A stretch of DNA of 63,989 nt, counting the filler, from Streblomastix strix (Eukaryota): assembly GCA_008636045.1 (NCBI GenBank). It is 3 parts of 3 records of this genome, joined end to end, with 100 filler letters (N's around TTAATTAATTAA, not from the genome) between each part and the next. Parts side by side here need not be neighbours in the genome. Positions count along the whole stretch, not along the records: positions 1 to 21,589 come from SNRW01000365.1; positions 21,690 to 43,240 come from SNRW01000366.1; 1 more part is not named here. One strand, given 5' to 3'. Under the pieces are notes generated by a model. The model saw only the letters and a list, made by a program, of their open reading frames with translations, had not been told where the DNA came from and did no database searches. A program made the translations under genes and the position numbers. Below, in pieces: positions 15,100 through 28,697 of the stretch (positions are counted from its first letter, which is position 1; every line of letters begins with the position of its first letter).

Positions 15100-17000
15100 C
15101 TTTTCAATTAATTTTGCCTGTTATCACGTCTGAACTTACACTCTTTATTAAGTCTGATGAATGAGGAGATTCAATTGGTATAGTAGCTTAATCTATCTGT
15201 CTAGAGGCATCTTAACTATCCTTTCTTCCATATTCCAAATCCACCCTAGATAACGTATTTCTTTCATTGGTTCCATCTCTGATTTCATTTTGTTAATTAT
15301 CTAACCGAAATCTTACAATTGATTCTTTATCAGTTAAGTTTCTTAACTGACTTCATATGGATTTTGATTTATTAATAAGATATCGTCTGAATATTGAATA
15401 ATTTTTGAAGATAGACCCTTTTTTTTTATAGTTGCATCCGCCATCTAAAGGGTTTTGGTGAAGACAATTGTTGCAAGCCTGTGCCCAAATGGCATTCTGA
15501 TGTAGACATATGAACGATCTTCTATTTAAAATCATAGATATGGTTGGAATGGAGGGTATACGGTGATATAAATGAATGTGAATTTAATGTCGATTGAGGT
15601 TTGCGATGAAATTTAGAGAAGAGTATCTTGGACATCGAAAGGAGATATCATCTTGGAATGTATTTTCTTTGTTTATTTGCTGGTTACCCTTGCAATGTGA
15701 ATCTTTCGGTAACTTATGTCTCTTTTATGTATACAAAAGGCAGGGGTAAGAGTTTAATATAAAGTGAATTAATTTAAATATCTACTTTCTGATAGAATTC
15801 TTTTTAATGAAGAAGACGATATTGAAGCAGGTTTCCATTAGGTTGTATCGGATGTGAAATTTTTTTGAAGATTTGTTTGCTGTTTTCGCTCGTCCAGAGA
15901 GGTATTATTCCCATCATCACCTGTCTTTCTGTTCCAATTGCTGTCCATACTTCCCGGAATCTCATTAGTCTCCCTCATATTCCTTCTGATTTCCCTACAC
16001 ATTTAACTGTTCCGGGGTTCTATGCGATGTTCTTATTGACTCTGCGTCTCCTACCTCGCGATTACTAAGTCTAGCCGCGCCCTGGCAACCCCCAAAAAGG
16101 TTTTTCGTTGATTCGCTCCTCTTTCCCAAGTTTTTAAGGACTGAGTCACGGATAACTCCTGGAGGTGGTGTTGCTGCTTTGAAATATTTGCTTTTTCGTT
16201 TAGGACAAGAAATTCTCGAGCAGTTTATGCATCGGTTATTGTTTACTAAGACAATCTGATTGTTCTCAATATCGGCTTTTTCAGCTTTTACCTTGTTTCT
16301 GGAGATTCTGCAGCCACATTCGCCATCAAGAGAACAGATCTTGTAGTTACTGCACTTAATATTACATATTCTGCATTATCTTCATCATCAAGACCTTCCA
16401 ATTTTGGAGTTGAATCTGCGGTAGGAAAGTCTATCTTGTCACGTTCGACAGCACGAATGTTTTTATTAATTCTAGAAGCTGAAAACTTATAGTCTAATGG
16501 CTTTTAATGAGATTCTGAGTCACCTATAATCTTTCTCTGCTTATTATGTACAATATCATCATCTGTTAAAGCATAACTACCGCTTGCTGCGCTATAATCG
16601 CTTGAAGAGTTTTCAGAAGGGCTACGATAACGTTTCCGTGCTGGAAATATTTGATTTTTTTATTTCTTTTCTTATGCTTGCTCTATATATGCTTTGAACG
16701 CTTTTAATAAGAAGGTGATTCAATGGAATATTCAGAATCTGCCGATTAATTTTTTCTCCTTCGTTTCTGGTTCTTTCGATAGTGTTACATGATGTGACCA
16801 CTTGTACTGCGTTTAGATCAACTGTTGGTTGTTGACACTTCTTTAAAGCGATTATATTTCGACACTCTCATCGCTAAATCATCAAAGTCATCAATTCCGT
16901 CGAATATCTTTGCTATACTTTTAAGTTTTTTGAATAATTTCTTTGTTTAGGTTTAACAACGACTTCGTCATCCACATGGGACATGATACTTGAGTTTTGA
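15100..17000 (-). mobile_element. Decayed DIRS-type retrotransposon (gag-like + RT)
   Basis: Minus strand reads an RG-rich gag end (LPGRGQTQQSRGRRRR, ~16040-16090), then I*GRLMRFREVWTAIG (~15935-15980), MPFGHRLATIVFTKT (~15451-15495) and QYSDDILLI (~15370-15396), with frameshifts and TGAs. Confidence 0.85.
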
Positions 17001-17573
17001 ATAAGTGCGTGTGCAGTAAACGCGAATTTGTTTTGATTAGTCTGACCAATAGGAGAAGGCAGAAATCGGACAATTTCATGATTAGTATCTATAACAATAA
17101 AGAATCAGATTGTCACTTTGTTTTATAATAAAATCAGAGTGAAACGATTGATTTTTAAAACTTTTAAGGTAAAATATATAAAAAATTATATAAAAAATAA
17201 GTAATGTAATCAATCCCAGAGAAATTCACAAAGATAAAAAATAAATTCAGAGAGGATATTAGAACGGCTATAATTTATATCGTGAATGTACAAATTAAAG
17301 ACAGATGACAATTTTGTTGATAAGAAAACATGAGTTTTGAATTATTATATATTGCTGTTAACTATTGTATTGTAATTCAAGAGTATCATAATAAAATTGA
17401 ATATTATCTATCATCATATTTTACTTGTTTTGTTTTAAAAAAAATTAAAATACAAATAAGTGTAAACATGTTAATTAAAAAAAAAAATAGAAAATTAACA
17501 TGAAATTCCGACTTTTAATTTCTTGAATCAACTTTATTCTGCAAACAATTCATTCTTTCCAGTTTTTCTTTAT

Positions 17574-18400
17574 TCACCATTCAAATACTTTTTAGCCTGG
17601 AATATCCTTCGCTGTTGCTTCTTTCAGTTCCTTCACAGATGTGACTGTGAAAGATGTGTCGTTTCCGTAGAGGTAGATCTTAAAATATGAATTAAAATAA
17701 AAAATTAATTTTTAAATAAGCAATAAAAGTTAATAATAAATATTCATCAAACAAAGAATTTCACTGGCTCATTGATCCCATGTACAAAGATAAGTTGTTG
17801 AACACCTTATGATTAAAATGCATAATTTTAAAAGTAAAATAAAATATTGATAAGTTATTCTGCTTAAAAGCATACCATCAATGAAGAAATGCAGTGTTTT
17901 GGCTTCACAGTTCAACTCCATTGTTAATAACTGCCCATCTTTCAACCCAGATTTACCTTAAATTTCTTTCCTTTTAAAAATTACATCTCCCAAACTCAAA
18001 GAAATAAATGGTGAAATGAACGTTTAATTGCATAATAATTATTTAATATCAAACCTTCCATATAAACACAGCATATAATTGCAATCTGTTTACATAAAAA
18101 ATAAAGTAAATATTTATTTTATAGGAAATAAAAAATATTATACGCGGTTAAACACGAGGATCGCACGGATATGGAATTTTGTACGAAGATTTTGATATTC
18201 CAATATTCCCAATCGCATACAGACAATTCTCGAACTTTCCGCTTAAACTATGGATACCAGTTTTCATTTCTTTATTCAATGCAACTGAAAGAAATCCTTA
18301 TTTTTTATTATTTAATTGATAGAAACTACATTACATATGTCATCATCTGGCTTTACCGCAATTTAAGGTATTTGATTGAGTGATAATGTGTAGGAAATAT
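17574..18400 (-). CDS. Small SPRY/B30.2-like domain protein, multi-exon (5' end uncertain, possibly a pseudogene)
   Basis: Exons encode GFLSVALNKEMKTGIHSLSGKFENC...IGISKSSYKIP, LKDGQLLTMELNCEAKTLHFFID and IYLYGNDTSFTVTSVKEL...FEW*. GT-AG introns; TGA at 17576-17574. Confidence 0.6.
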
Positions 18401-18747
18401 TTTATTTCGATACAGGTGAAGTATAATAGTAATATTATTCTACCAATAATCTAATAATTTGGTATTATGCAATAATAAATGCGGTATACAGTATCTGTAA
18501 GGGTGTATCGTTCAATAAGTTAAACTATAATTTTTCTCGGAGTTTTAATAAACAATATGAGTTTAAATAAACAAAAAAAAACGAGTTTTAATAATAAATA
18601 TTAGAAGAAAATTATTCATCTTTTTAAAACTTTTCATTTATTGTTAATTGAAACACATATAGAAGAACATGAAATGAAGCTAATATAACAAAAATATTTT
18701 ATTCATTAACATTCTGCCAATACAATGAATTAATTCACTTATCAACT

Positions 18748-21200
18748 TCACTTATAATTAAAGCGATTACTTGGATGAATCTAACCGATATTTAATCCTT
18801 CAACTACTTCCTTCAGTGAAATAAACTCCCATTCTTCGTCTTTACTACTGAAATGCAGCTTTATTTCAGTAAATATAATATAAATTTAATTATATATATT
18901 CAAATTATATATAGTAAATTACATTCATATTATATATAGTAAAATTATAGTCAAACAATGAATTTCACTCTTTCAGGGATACCAATCACACAGAACGGCT
19001 GGAGAATCGAATTTATCTTTAAGCAGAAAGTCCTTGGATTGCTTTTTAGGTCAACAATAGCTGTGATTTCATCATCTTGTTTTATCAGTTGATTTTCTGT
19101 ATTATAAAATGCAGTTCCTTTGATATAGAGATTTTGCTTAATGTAGCAAATTGTGTCTAATTGGAAAATAATAAGCAATTAATAAAATTAAGTAAATATA
19201 AATTTAAATAATTGATAAATAACATTTCTAAAATAATAATTTATTAAATTAATATATAAACTGTTGTCTTTTGAACTTTAATAAATGAATGGATGAGGAA
19301 TACAAGACTGTATTCCATCTATTATTCCTATTCCCATATAATATTTCAATTTTCTTGTTTTTGATGTGAATTCCCAAATACCTGAGTTAATTTCTCTATT
19401 AAAAACAATAAATATTTGCTGAATATCATCATTTTTAATGATATTAGGTTTAAGGAAAGAATAGGCTGCATCTTTTCCTGAGATGAAATTTTAAGAAATG
19501 ACATTATTTGGTTAAATAGCAATGAGTTATCTTTACTCTGTGGGAGGAGAATTAGATTTTTATTATGGAGGAGGAGAATTCGATTATCGTTTTGGATTAG
19601 GATTTTAAGGAGAAGAAGATTGAGACTTTAGAAGTTTAACAATCGTATTGAAATAATTTTGATGTTCTTGGTGTTTTTCTATAATGTGCTTATCTATTTC
19701 TTTGATTATGAAATATGTCTAGCAGAATGGGCAATATGCAAAATAATACTATTTCTATTATTATTTTATTTCAATAATTTTCTCTACATTACTAACAAAT
19801 ATCTATCCTTTAGGGTCATCTATTATATGTGAGATGAATTGTGCAGAAGGAATTATTTTTGAGCAAAGATGGCATTATATTGATTATTCATCATCATCTT
19901 TGTATTATTAATTTTTCATCTATTCAATTCCAAATTCTTATTATTAATCATTAATTTATTAAATGGGTAATAATTTCTGATGAAGTTGGATAAGTTGTCT
20001 GAAGAGCAAATGTTCACCTTAATGCCTTATAGATATATGATATTCTATTAAATCAACTTAGTCTTCACAAAAAGGACATTTAGGACTCTTAAATTATTTG
20101 CTACCATATTATCCTTAATCATTAATTTCTATTTGAGGAAGAAGTTCTGATGTTAAGTTGAAGAGTTCTTATTAATTTGAATCATGAGTTTTAATATGAT
20201 TATTCACTAGAGCTGATTCAAATTATTTATTGCAAAATGGGCATTTAATTTATTCTACTTCGTTAATTTATTAGTTTTAATCATTATGCTTTTATTATTA
20301 CTCTTCTTAATTTATTCTTCTTTATTCTTCTTCTAATTATTTTCTTCTTTATTCTTCTTCAATTTATTTTCTTTTTTATTCTTCTTCTAATTCTTTTCTT
20401 CTTTATTCTTCTTCAAATGCTTTTCTTCTTTATTCTTCTTCTAATGATTTTCTTTATTCTTCTTCAATTTATTTTCTTTTTTATTCTTCTTCTAATGCTT
20501 TTCTTTATTATTCTTCTTCTTATTTTTATTTATTTATTTTCTCCTCTTTCTCAAACTTCTCAGTTAATTGCAAAATCAGATCAATGCAATGAAACAGAGA
20601 TTTATACAATCTTTATTCCTATATATTATGTTTCTAATTAACATGATTTTCTAATTCAGAATCATCTTATTATATTGGGCAGAATGGACATTGAACTTTG
20701 ATTACTCTTCTAATTATAAATTAGCTGTATAACTTAACATTTTGGCTTAATATTACTTGTGTTATCTCAAACATATCAAGAAATAACTTTTCATTTTCTA
20801 GATGTTATTTATGTATATGATCTTTCATCTGTGAAGCTAAAACGCCTCTTTAGCAAAATACACAGAGTATTTTTCCTTAATTAAATAACTGATCTTCAAC
20901 TTATTGTATTTAATTCAATTATTCTTTTTCCATTTTCTCAATTAATTTTCTGGATGCCTTTTCTTCTTATATTTTCTTTAGTTCCTATTCTTTCTATTCT
21001 TATTCGTCTTCTTTTTTTATTCTCAAAACTTCTTTCAATGAATCTTCTTCTTATTTCTTTCTTCTTTATTCTTCTTATTAAGATTCTTTTCTTAACCATT
21101 CTTATTAAATATGCTCATCTTAATGAGCTTGATATTAATTGAAAGAAATCTTCTTCTTACAAACATCACATTCTATCAATTCCATACTGAATTCATCCAT
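18748..21200 (-). CDS. Multi zinc-finger (CxxC..H..H, UBZ/C2H2-like) + coiled-coil + C-terminal SPRY-like protein
   Basis: ATG at 21200 (MDEFSMELIECDVCKKKISFNQYQAHQDEH). Further fingers CVFC, CPFC x4 and CHLC; E/Q/K/R repeat at ~20300-20520; SPRY-like DDEITAIVDLKSNPRTFCLKINS. Two 3' introns; TGA at 18750-18748. Confidence 0.75.
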
Positions 21201-21526
21201 TAAATTCTTTTAATCTATTTTGTTCATTGGAATTTGTGTATTATTAATTGGAAGTTATATTTATTACTATTATTATATTTATTACTATTATTGTGTTTAT
21301 TACTATTATTATGGTTATTGTTACTACTACTACTATTATTAATAATTAGGTTATAATTATTATTGAATAATTGCATTTCCTTAATATTAATTAGCTTATT
21401 ATGGCCCAAAAGGCTGTACATTAGCAATAATTTGTGGAGGAAGAATATTTAAAGGTGATATTGATCGTTATGCTTATGGGAATTATTGTATTATTCATTA
21501 TTTATATCTAATTATTATTTTTTCAG

Positions 21527-21589
21527 GTCGATATCTGGTCTCTTGGAATGATATTTTATTAAATTGTATTTCACACATTTCCATTCAAT
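21527..21589 (+). pseudogene. Protein kinase subdomain IX exon fragment
   Basis: After a tttcag acceptor the frame reads VDIWSLGMIFYQIVFHTFPFN and is cut by the contig end. Confidence 0.65.
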
Positions 21590-21689
21590 NNNNNNNNNNN
21601 NNNNNNNNNNNNNNNNNNNNNNNNNNNNNNNNNTTAATTAATTAANNNNNNNNNNNNNNNNNNNNNNNNNNNNNNNNNNNNNNNNNNNN
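21590..21689. other. Artificial contig linker (N44-TTAATTAATTAA-N44)
   Basis: 100-nt spacer containing a palindromic six-frame-stop linker. Confidence 0.97.
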
Positions 21690-21690
21690 A

Positions 21691-21726
<36 letters not shown>

Positions 21727-21751
21727 AAAATAAAAAAAATAATAATAATAA

Positions 21752-21843
<92 letters not shown>

Positions 21844-21900
21844 TATATTATATATATTATATATAATATATATAATATATATAATATATAATAAAATAAT
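21690..21900 (+). repeat. Poly-A, (AAT)n and AT-rich microsatellite at contig edge
   Basis: A-run of ~30 nt followed by long (AAT)n and ATAT-type repeats. Confidence 0.9.
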
Positions 21901-21989
21901 AAGCGAAAGGTTAAATAAATATAATTTAATATAAATTTCATTATCAATTCTCATTTATATTAACTAAATCAATAATAAATAATATCAAT

Positions 21990-24485
21990 AAAGCAAACCT
22001 CAAACTAATTGAATACTCTTCCAGCAACATCTTCCAGTTTATTATTCCCATAAATGAATCTTTTAATTGAGAATGGATTGGATTATTATTATATGGATGG
22101 TTATGCAGATGATGATGATTGAATATTTATTATATCTTTCAAATATGAAGTAATATTCTCTTAATATGTTTATTAAGTTTGTGTAACTGTACTTCCTTAT
22201 TAATTAGATTATTATTATTTACTTCCTTATCCTTTTTTTCCTCCTTATTTCTATTGTTATTGTTATTGTTATTGAAGAGACTGGTTTGTTAATAAAGATT
22301 TGAATAGTGATATATCAGATGGAAGTATATAGAGAGATATTTCAGATTATTGTTATTATTGTTATTATTGTTATTACTATTCATTTCCTTTTCCTTTCTA
22401 TTTCTGCCCTTTTTATTATTATTATTATTTCTCTTTATCTTTTTCTTTTTCCTTATCTTTCACTTCTTCCTTCCCAACTTCTTTCTATTTTTCATTCTGT
22501 CTGTATTTCATCAGTAATTCAACTTCATTCATCAGAAGTTTGTTCCAAACACCAGATGCAGAGATTATTGATATATTCTCCTTCGATTCTGTCAATTTCT
22601 CCTTTTTTTCTGGAAAGTATGTCACAAAGAAGAACGAAACTTCATTGAATAATTATAAGAAAGAGAGTTAATATGGATATTATTATTGATGTTGTGAATA
22701 TAAGAAGTATTTTGATATAATGTGGAATGTATAAGGAGAAATAGATAGTGACTGTTATTATAAACGAGATGTAGATGATGGATTTAATTTATTAATCTTA
22801 TTCTATTATTAAAGTGGGAGTGATGAATAATTCAGATTATAATACTATTCACATATTGATATTTATTCCTTTCTTTTATTAATAAATAATTTATTGTCTT
22901 CTGTTTTCAATTAATTTATGTTTTTAATTTTCAAATTATCTATCAATGTCTTCAATTATTGATATCTACCTCCATCTTATTACTCAAATAAGTTAGAAAG
23001 AGCTATTCCAATACATTCAATGCAATTATAGAGAACTGATTTACCAACTGATGATACTGTTTCTATATTTGAATAAAATGATGTTAAGATAAAAAGAATA
23101 AATAATTGAGGAAATGATAAAATATATAATCAAATATTATTAATTAAAAAATACCATTAATCTTTGCAAATATAGAACCAACAATATCAACAATGGGATG
23201 CAAAATCTTTATTAAATCAAATTCGTATCTTATTTCTTATTCACCTTCTTTTTCATTCAACTATTCTTTCTTCTACTTCTCATTCTAATCATCAAATGCT
23301 TCAGTCATAACTCTGCATATTGTAAGATTGGCTATTAATGAAGGGCAAATTGCAATAAGAGAATTAGAGAATGATGTTAATGATGGATATTGAGATAATG
23401 GATCGTGTTATCCTCCGACAGTTATTGTGAGTAAGGTGTTTAGTTCCTGAATATATTATCATAAATAAATAATATAAATATAATATATAAGCAAACTTGA
23501 ATTGTTATCTATTCAGCAACACATTTCAAGACTTCGTTAAGAATTGCTTATGAATGTTCAGATTTGAGTATAAATGGATTTGTGATGAATTTCATGTTTC
23601 TTTCTTTTAATTTCTTTCTTTCTTCTTTCTTCTACTTCTCTTCTTCACTTATAATTACTTTGTCTTATTTAATTTCTTTTGGTTCATCTTTCAATTTATC
23701 TTTAGTATCACTTTTGCTCTTTTCCTTCTTCACAAATTCTTTTTCTTTCTTTTAATCTTTCAATTTCAATTCTTATTTATTATTCAAATATAATGCTATT
23801 TCTTCAGCAATTGTTATCAACAAGCGATTCATTAATATAAGAGCATGTTTTGGTTATCTTATTAATGTATTGAAATAGTATTAAAAATAAAAAAATTAAA
23901 TATAAAATAATAGTCATACTTCTTTATTCCAGTTGAAAACGCTGATACAATTAACTTTAATTAGTTTGTATCTTCTAATTCTATTTATCTCTCTTCCACA
24001 AACCTATTGAATAAGAATGCTCTACAGAAATAAGTAAATATTGACTACGATGGACCTCGTTTAGACAAGTTAATTGGTTTTGGGAGATGGGTGTGAATGA
24101 AATATTAATCAGGAGAAAATGCTTGTGATAAAAATAGCTGTTCTAACAATTGAATTGGTTTATTGATTAAAATAGCTTGCGAAAATTAATGGCTATCTTC
24201 GTGTTCTCCAAATCCTGTAACAAATTTTCCATGTATCAAAATTGAGGCAAGTAAGAATGATCCCTATGTAAATTCGTGTCTTAGTTCAACGCATTTCTGA
24301 ATCAGCAGAGTTAGGAAGGACGCGTTCAGGCTATCAAGTCCAGCAAGAAGATGCGCAGCAGCTTCAAATCTCCTTTCATGTGTAATATTATGAAAAGCTT
24401 TAACAAGGCTTCGTGCTGTATCTTACTGTGTGTCTGCCACTTGAAGCCGATCAAGAATAGCCTTTATATCGGTGATTTATTGCAT
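21990..24485 (-). CDS. Hypothetical helical (HEAT/ARM-like) protein, multi-exon, 3' end lost at contig edge
   Basis: ATG at 24485 (MQQITDIKAILDRLQVADTQQDTARSLVKAFHNITHERRFEAAAHLL). Long TAR-readthrough exons and short GT-AG introns (~23870-23920, 23450-23497, 23090-23154). Confidence 0.6.
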
Positions 24486-25234
24486 CTGTAGTGACAAAAA
24501 TTAATAAAATTAATAAGATTTTGTGAAATATAGAACAGATAAAACGGAACGGGAGATTTTTTCGTTTTAAACCAAATTATTCGCATGCATTTTGATCATT
24601 AAAATGCAAATTTTTGGTATAAAATGATATATTTTATGTATATTGAGAGTTAAAAAATTTTGAATCAAAATAATTTGCATTTATTATGGCAGAAAAGCTA
24701 ATTTAAAAATAAAATTTTCGAAGCACCGTACGCACTCCATAGATAATTCTAATGTTGGTAACTAAAAGAATATATTGTTACTAGTATTCAATAAATAAAT
24801 AGTAATAGTGTTTTTATTTACTTTGATTTGCTTCAAATTTCTCCCTTCACTTTTTGGAGCCGACGAATCTCACTAAATTCAAGTTTAATTAATGTTTAAA
24901 ATTTTTATTTTAATTATTCAAAATGTATTTTTTTGTGCAACACACATAGATACATAAATAAACCATCTTCATCCAACACTCGTAAAATCGATAATATCAC
25001 TTCAAATACTATTCAATTTTCATTTAGTTTCATAATTTATTCACTATTTGCACAAACAAACTGTTATTTAAAGTATAATACCTTAAATACTTTGAAATTA
25101 ACTTTAAATTCTGAAATAATTTTTTTACAACATTAAACCAAGTATTTCTACCCAAACAACATAAAAATGCTTATTATTTTTATTAAATTTATTATTTATA
25201 AACAATATTTTAGTTTTATTATTTTTAGTAATAG

Positions 25235-25711
25235 ATGGGAAAACGAAAGACCAGAAAAATAAAAATTAAGTCAAAGCCGAAAATGCCAAAACTGCCTACC
25301 ATATTCGACTGTCCCTTCTGCCAGTAGGAGAAGAGTGTTGGATGCAAACTGTATGTACTTTCTATTAATATTTTACAATCAATTCTGTTATACAAATTAT
25401 GAATAGAGACAGGATCAACAAAATAGGAATGCTAATTTGTGAAATGTGCCAGAAAAAATATACAACTGATATACACTGTATGTGTTTTTAAATTTATATT
25501 CAAATTCATTTTCTTTATATTGTATCAAATTCCCGTAGATCTGGATGAACCAATCGATATTTATTGCAAATGGATTGACAGATGCAAAGAGGAGAACGAT
25601 GCAGCAAAGTTGAAAATGAGACAGACTCAAGCAATTGATGAAGCATTAGAAGGAGAACTTTAAAGTCCACATCTTGAAGAAGAAATGGATAATGATGTTG
25701 ATGATCAATGA
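25235..25711 (+). CDS. ELF1: Transcription elongation factor Elf1 (ELOF1)
   Basis: MGKRKTRK...KLPTIFDCPFCQQEKSVGCKL / DRINKIGMLICEMCQKKY / LDEPIDIYCKWIDRC. Two introns, one in-frame TAG, and TGA at 25709-25711. Confidence 0.95.
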
Positions 25712-26381
25712 TAGCAACAAAATTTTCCTTCCATTTCATTCATAATTTTTCTTACCAATCAGTTTGCATTTTATGCCATTGATAATAAATTATCATATTT
25801 TTACAAAAATTGATACCTTTATTTCATTAGAATATTATTAATATTATGCCTATAATTCAGAAATACATTTCTCGAACCACGAACACTAATTTTATTTTTC
25901 TATTATGATTCAACAATTATTCATTCTTTACAATCCAATTTTTATTTTAGTACTATCTTTAATGCTTTTTCTGACTCAGAATAATATATCAGCATTCTTG
26001 CTCGAACAAATTTGTAATTACTCGAACTATTAATTACTTTCAATCATGCATATATTCTACTAGCATTTTATGCAATTTTTATTGTCTTTTCTATAATGAA
26101 AATCATGGAAATTGAATATGAAAGAAACTTAGAAAATGCAGGAACATCTCAAAAAATAGAACAGAAACAGTAATATTCTAACTTAAACTTAGCATAAAAT
26201 AATTAATTAAACTTGATTGAACTAACTAGACAAAAATATATACTTCAGACACAGAGAATGGCTCGTTTCCAACAAATGTACAAAAAGTACAATTTTCTCT
26301 AAAACATTGATTTCTTTAATATTTATTTATCATTTATTTTTTGATTGTATATTTTTCTTGTAACTGATAATAAATCGCAGT

Positions 26382-28446
26382 ATGACCGAGCAAGAAGATA
26401 TTACAATTTAGTTTGCTAAACGACTAGCAAATACATGTTTGTACTTTTCAAATTATTTAATATATATTTAATCCTTTTTATATTGTTTTTATATCAAGCT
26501 AAGACCATTCGTGATAAAACACTTAAGAAAGTTTAGGAATGGATCTGCAGGTAACCACAAATTGAATTGGAAGATATGAAGAAGATTTGGATGGGAATTT
26601 ACTAAGGTTTACTTCAACACATTTATCTTTTATTAATAAATTTTTCTCTCAATCATTCTATTTAAATATTTAAGATTATTGGATGTCTGACAAATACGAG
26701 AACTAGCATGAACTTGCACTTCGAATCTCAGAGATTATAACAGCTCCATAAAATCCTTCATTCTCAATTCTTTATGTCAAATGTGGATTCTGGATTATTA
26801 ACAAAGAATGGGACAGCATTGATCGGCACAGAATCGATAAGTTTCTGAAACTTTCTGATGTAATGATTGGAAGTTGTATTTCTTTTCTATCTAAGTTTGG
26901 ATGGAATGAGGACATTGTTGATAGTTTTGTTGAGGATGTGTTTGATTAAGAACTGATATAATAAGCTCTAACATTTCCTAACAGTCTATTACAATATATT
27001 ACAGAGAATCTTCTCAAGACTATTTGGGATAAGTCTCCAAATGTATGAATATATTTAGTTATATCTATATTGGTAATTTAATATTATTGTCTCACAGATT
27101 CCATGGTCTTCTCTATTTGCACTTATAAGGCCATTCTTCACATATGCACTTCACACTCATGATGATGTTGCTTTTAAACAGTTTGTATTTCATAAGTTAT
27201 TTTATTTTCAATATATTTCACATATTTCAGAATCTGTGATAATATAATAGATCCTCTTATAATTCCAATTGAGAGAGTTATCCAACCTCTATAATAGAAA
27301 CTTCCATATGAAGTCGATTGGAGAGTTTGTTTGTTCTTGGGGAGAAGTGAGATCTGTAATATGGGTATAACTGATAAGGTTGAGAAAGAAGCTAACAAAT
27401 AAGATGAAAAAGAAGATAAACAAAAAAGAAAAGAAAAAGAGAATGAAAAATAAAATAATGATTCTGATGAATCTTAAGAAGGAGATGGAGTCATTTATTC
27501 AATTCCAGTAAGTAAGGAATTATCTGAAGATGTTGTTAATATACTTGTTGAATCATGCACTTCATCTAAAACAAGCAAATCAAAGAAAGATTCTTCATAA
27601 TCTTCTTCATCTACTTCCGTTCAATCTCAGAAATAACATTCATATGATTCTGATTTTTATGGTCCAATATTTAGTGTTCATTATGTGGAACTTGCTGCAT
27701 TTATTAGATTAGTATTAAACACACCAGAAAAGTATTTTTAATTTATTATTAATTTGTTTTTATTTTATTTATTATTTTCTGAACATATTTATTTATGTAT
27801 ATTCAGTAAGTACACAAGTAGAGGAAAGAAATATATAAAGAATATACATAGTAGAATATCTGAGGGTATAAATGGGTTAAAATAAGACGAAGATTATATA
27901 TTGAAAGAATTAAAGGAAGATAATACTGAATAAAATGATAAGGAAGAAGATGATGATGATGAGGAAGATGAAGAAGAAATTGAATTATTAGATATTGAAG
28001 ATATAGATGATGATGTTGAAGATGAAGATGAACTTGATAGTGAAGATTAAGAAGAAGATGATGATGAAGAAGATGATGATGAAGAAGAAGAATAATCCAA
28101 CACTGATAATGACAATGAAATAAGTGGCAGTGATGAAGCGCTTATAATAAATGATGATGATATTTCATTAAACAAGAAAATAAATAAGAAATAATCATTG
28201 ATTAAAATTCATCCTGCATAATAAGCAGAAAATTATCACAAAAATAGAAATGGGAAGAAGAAAGAAAATTAAATAAGAGAAAAATCAGGATAAAAGAACA
28301 ACTAATAATCAATGTTTGGGAAATAACCTTAAAAAAGGAAAAGAAATAATGGAAGAAAATTTTAGAATTAAAAGATGAAAGGCAAATAAAAACCTATAAA
28401 TAAGAAAAAGGGATTTAACAAGAGGAAAAGAGCAAGATATGAATGA
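26382..28446 (+). CDS. RRP1: Nucleolar rRNA-processing protein RRP1/Nop52
   Basis: FAKRLANT / KTIRDKTLKKV...DMKKIWMGIY / YWMSDK...KEWDSIDRHRIDKF. Acidic D/E tract and Lys-rich tail; TGA at 28444-28446. Confidence 0.9.
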
Positions 28447-28697
28447 ATAGTTCAATTGTATTACTTATTTTTAACGTTATTAAATTAATAAACAAATATA
28501 ATGAGCGAATTTATTTTGTGAAAAATAATTAATAAATCAAACAATTTTCAATTCATCATCTTTATTTATTAAACTGTTCTTGTAAATGGTGAAATTGTTG
28601 TGTAGTGGTTATGATCCGACTTTTGAATACTATTACAATAGTCAGTATAATCTTCCTCTTTCCCCTTATCTTTACTTCCCCTTCTACTTCTTCTTCA

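Noticed and set aside
21590..21689. TTAATTAATTAA palindrome as a biological site, and synteny across it
   Set aside because: It is an identical artificial linker between N runs (also at 43241-43340), so adjacency across linkers is meaningless.
21634..21954. Poly-Tyr/poly-Ile ORFs in the track
   Set aside because: They are translations of the (AAT)n microsatellite and Ns.
20417..23755. Hydrophobic membrane-like plus-strand ORFs
   Set aside because: They are antisense to E/K/Q-rich coding repeats.
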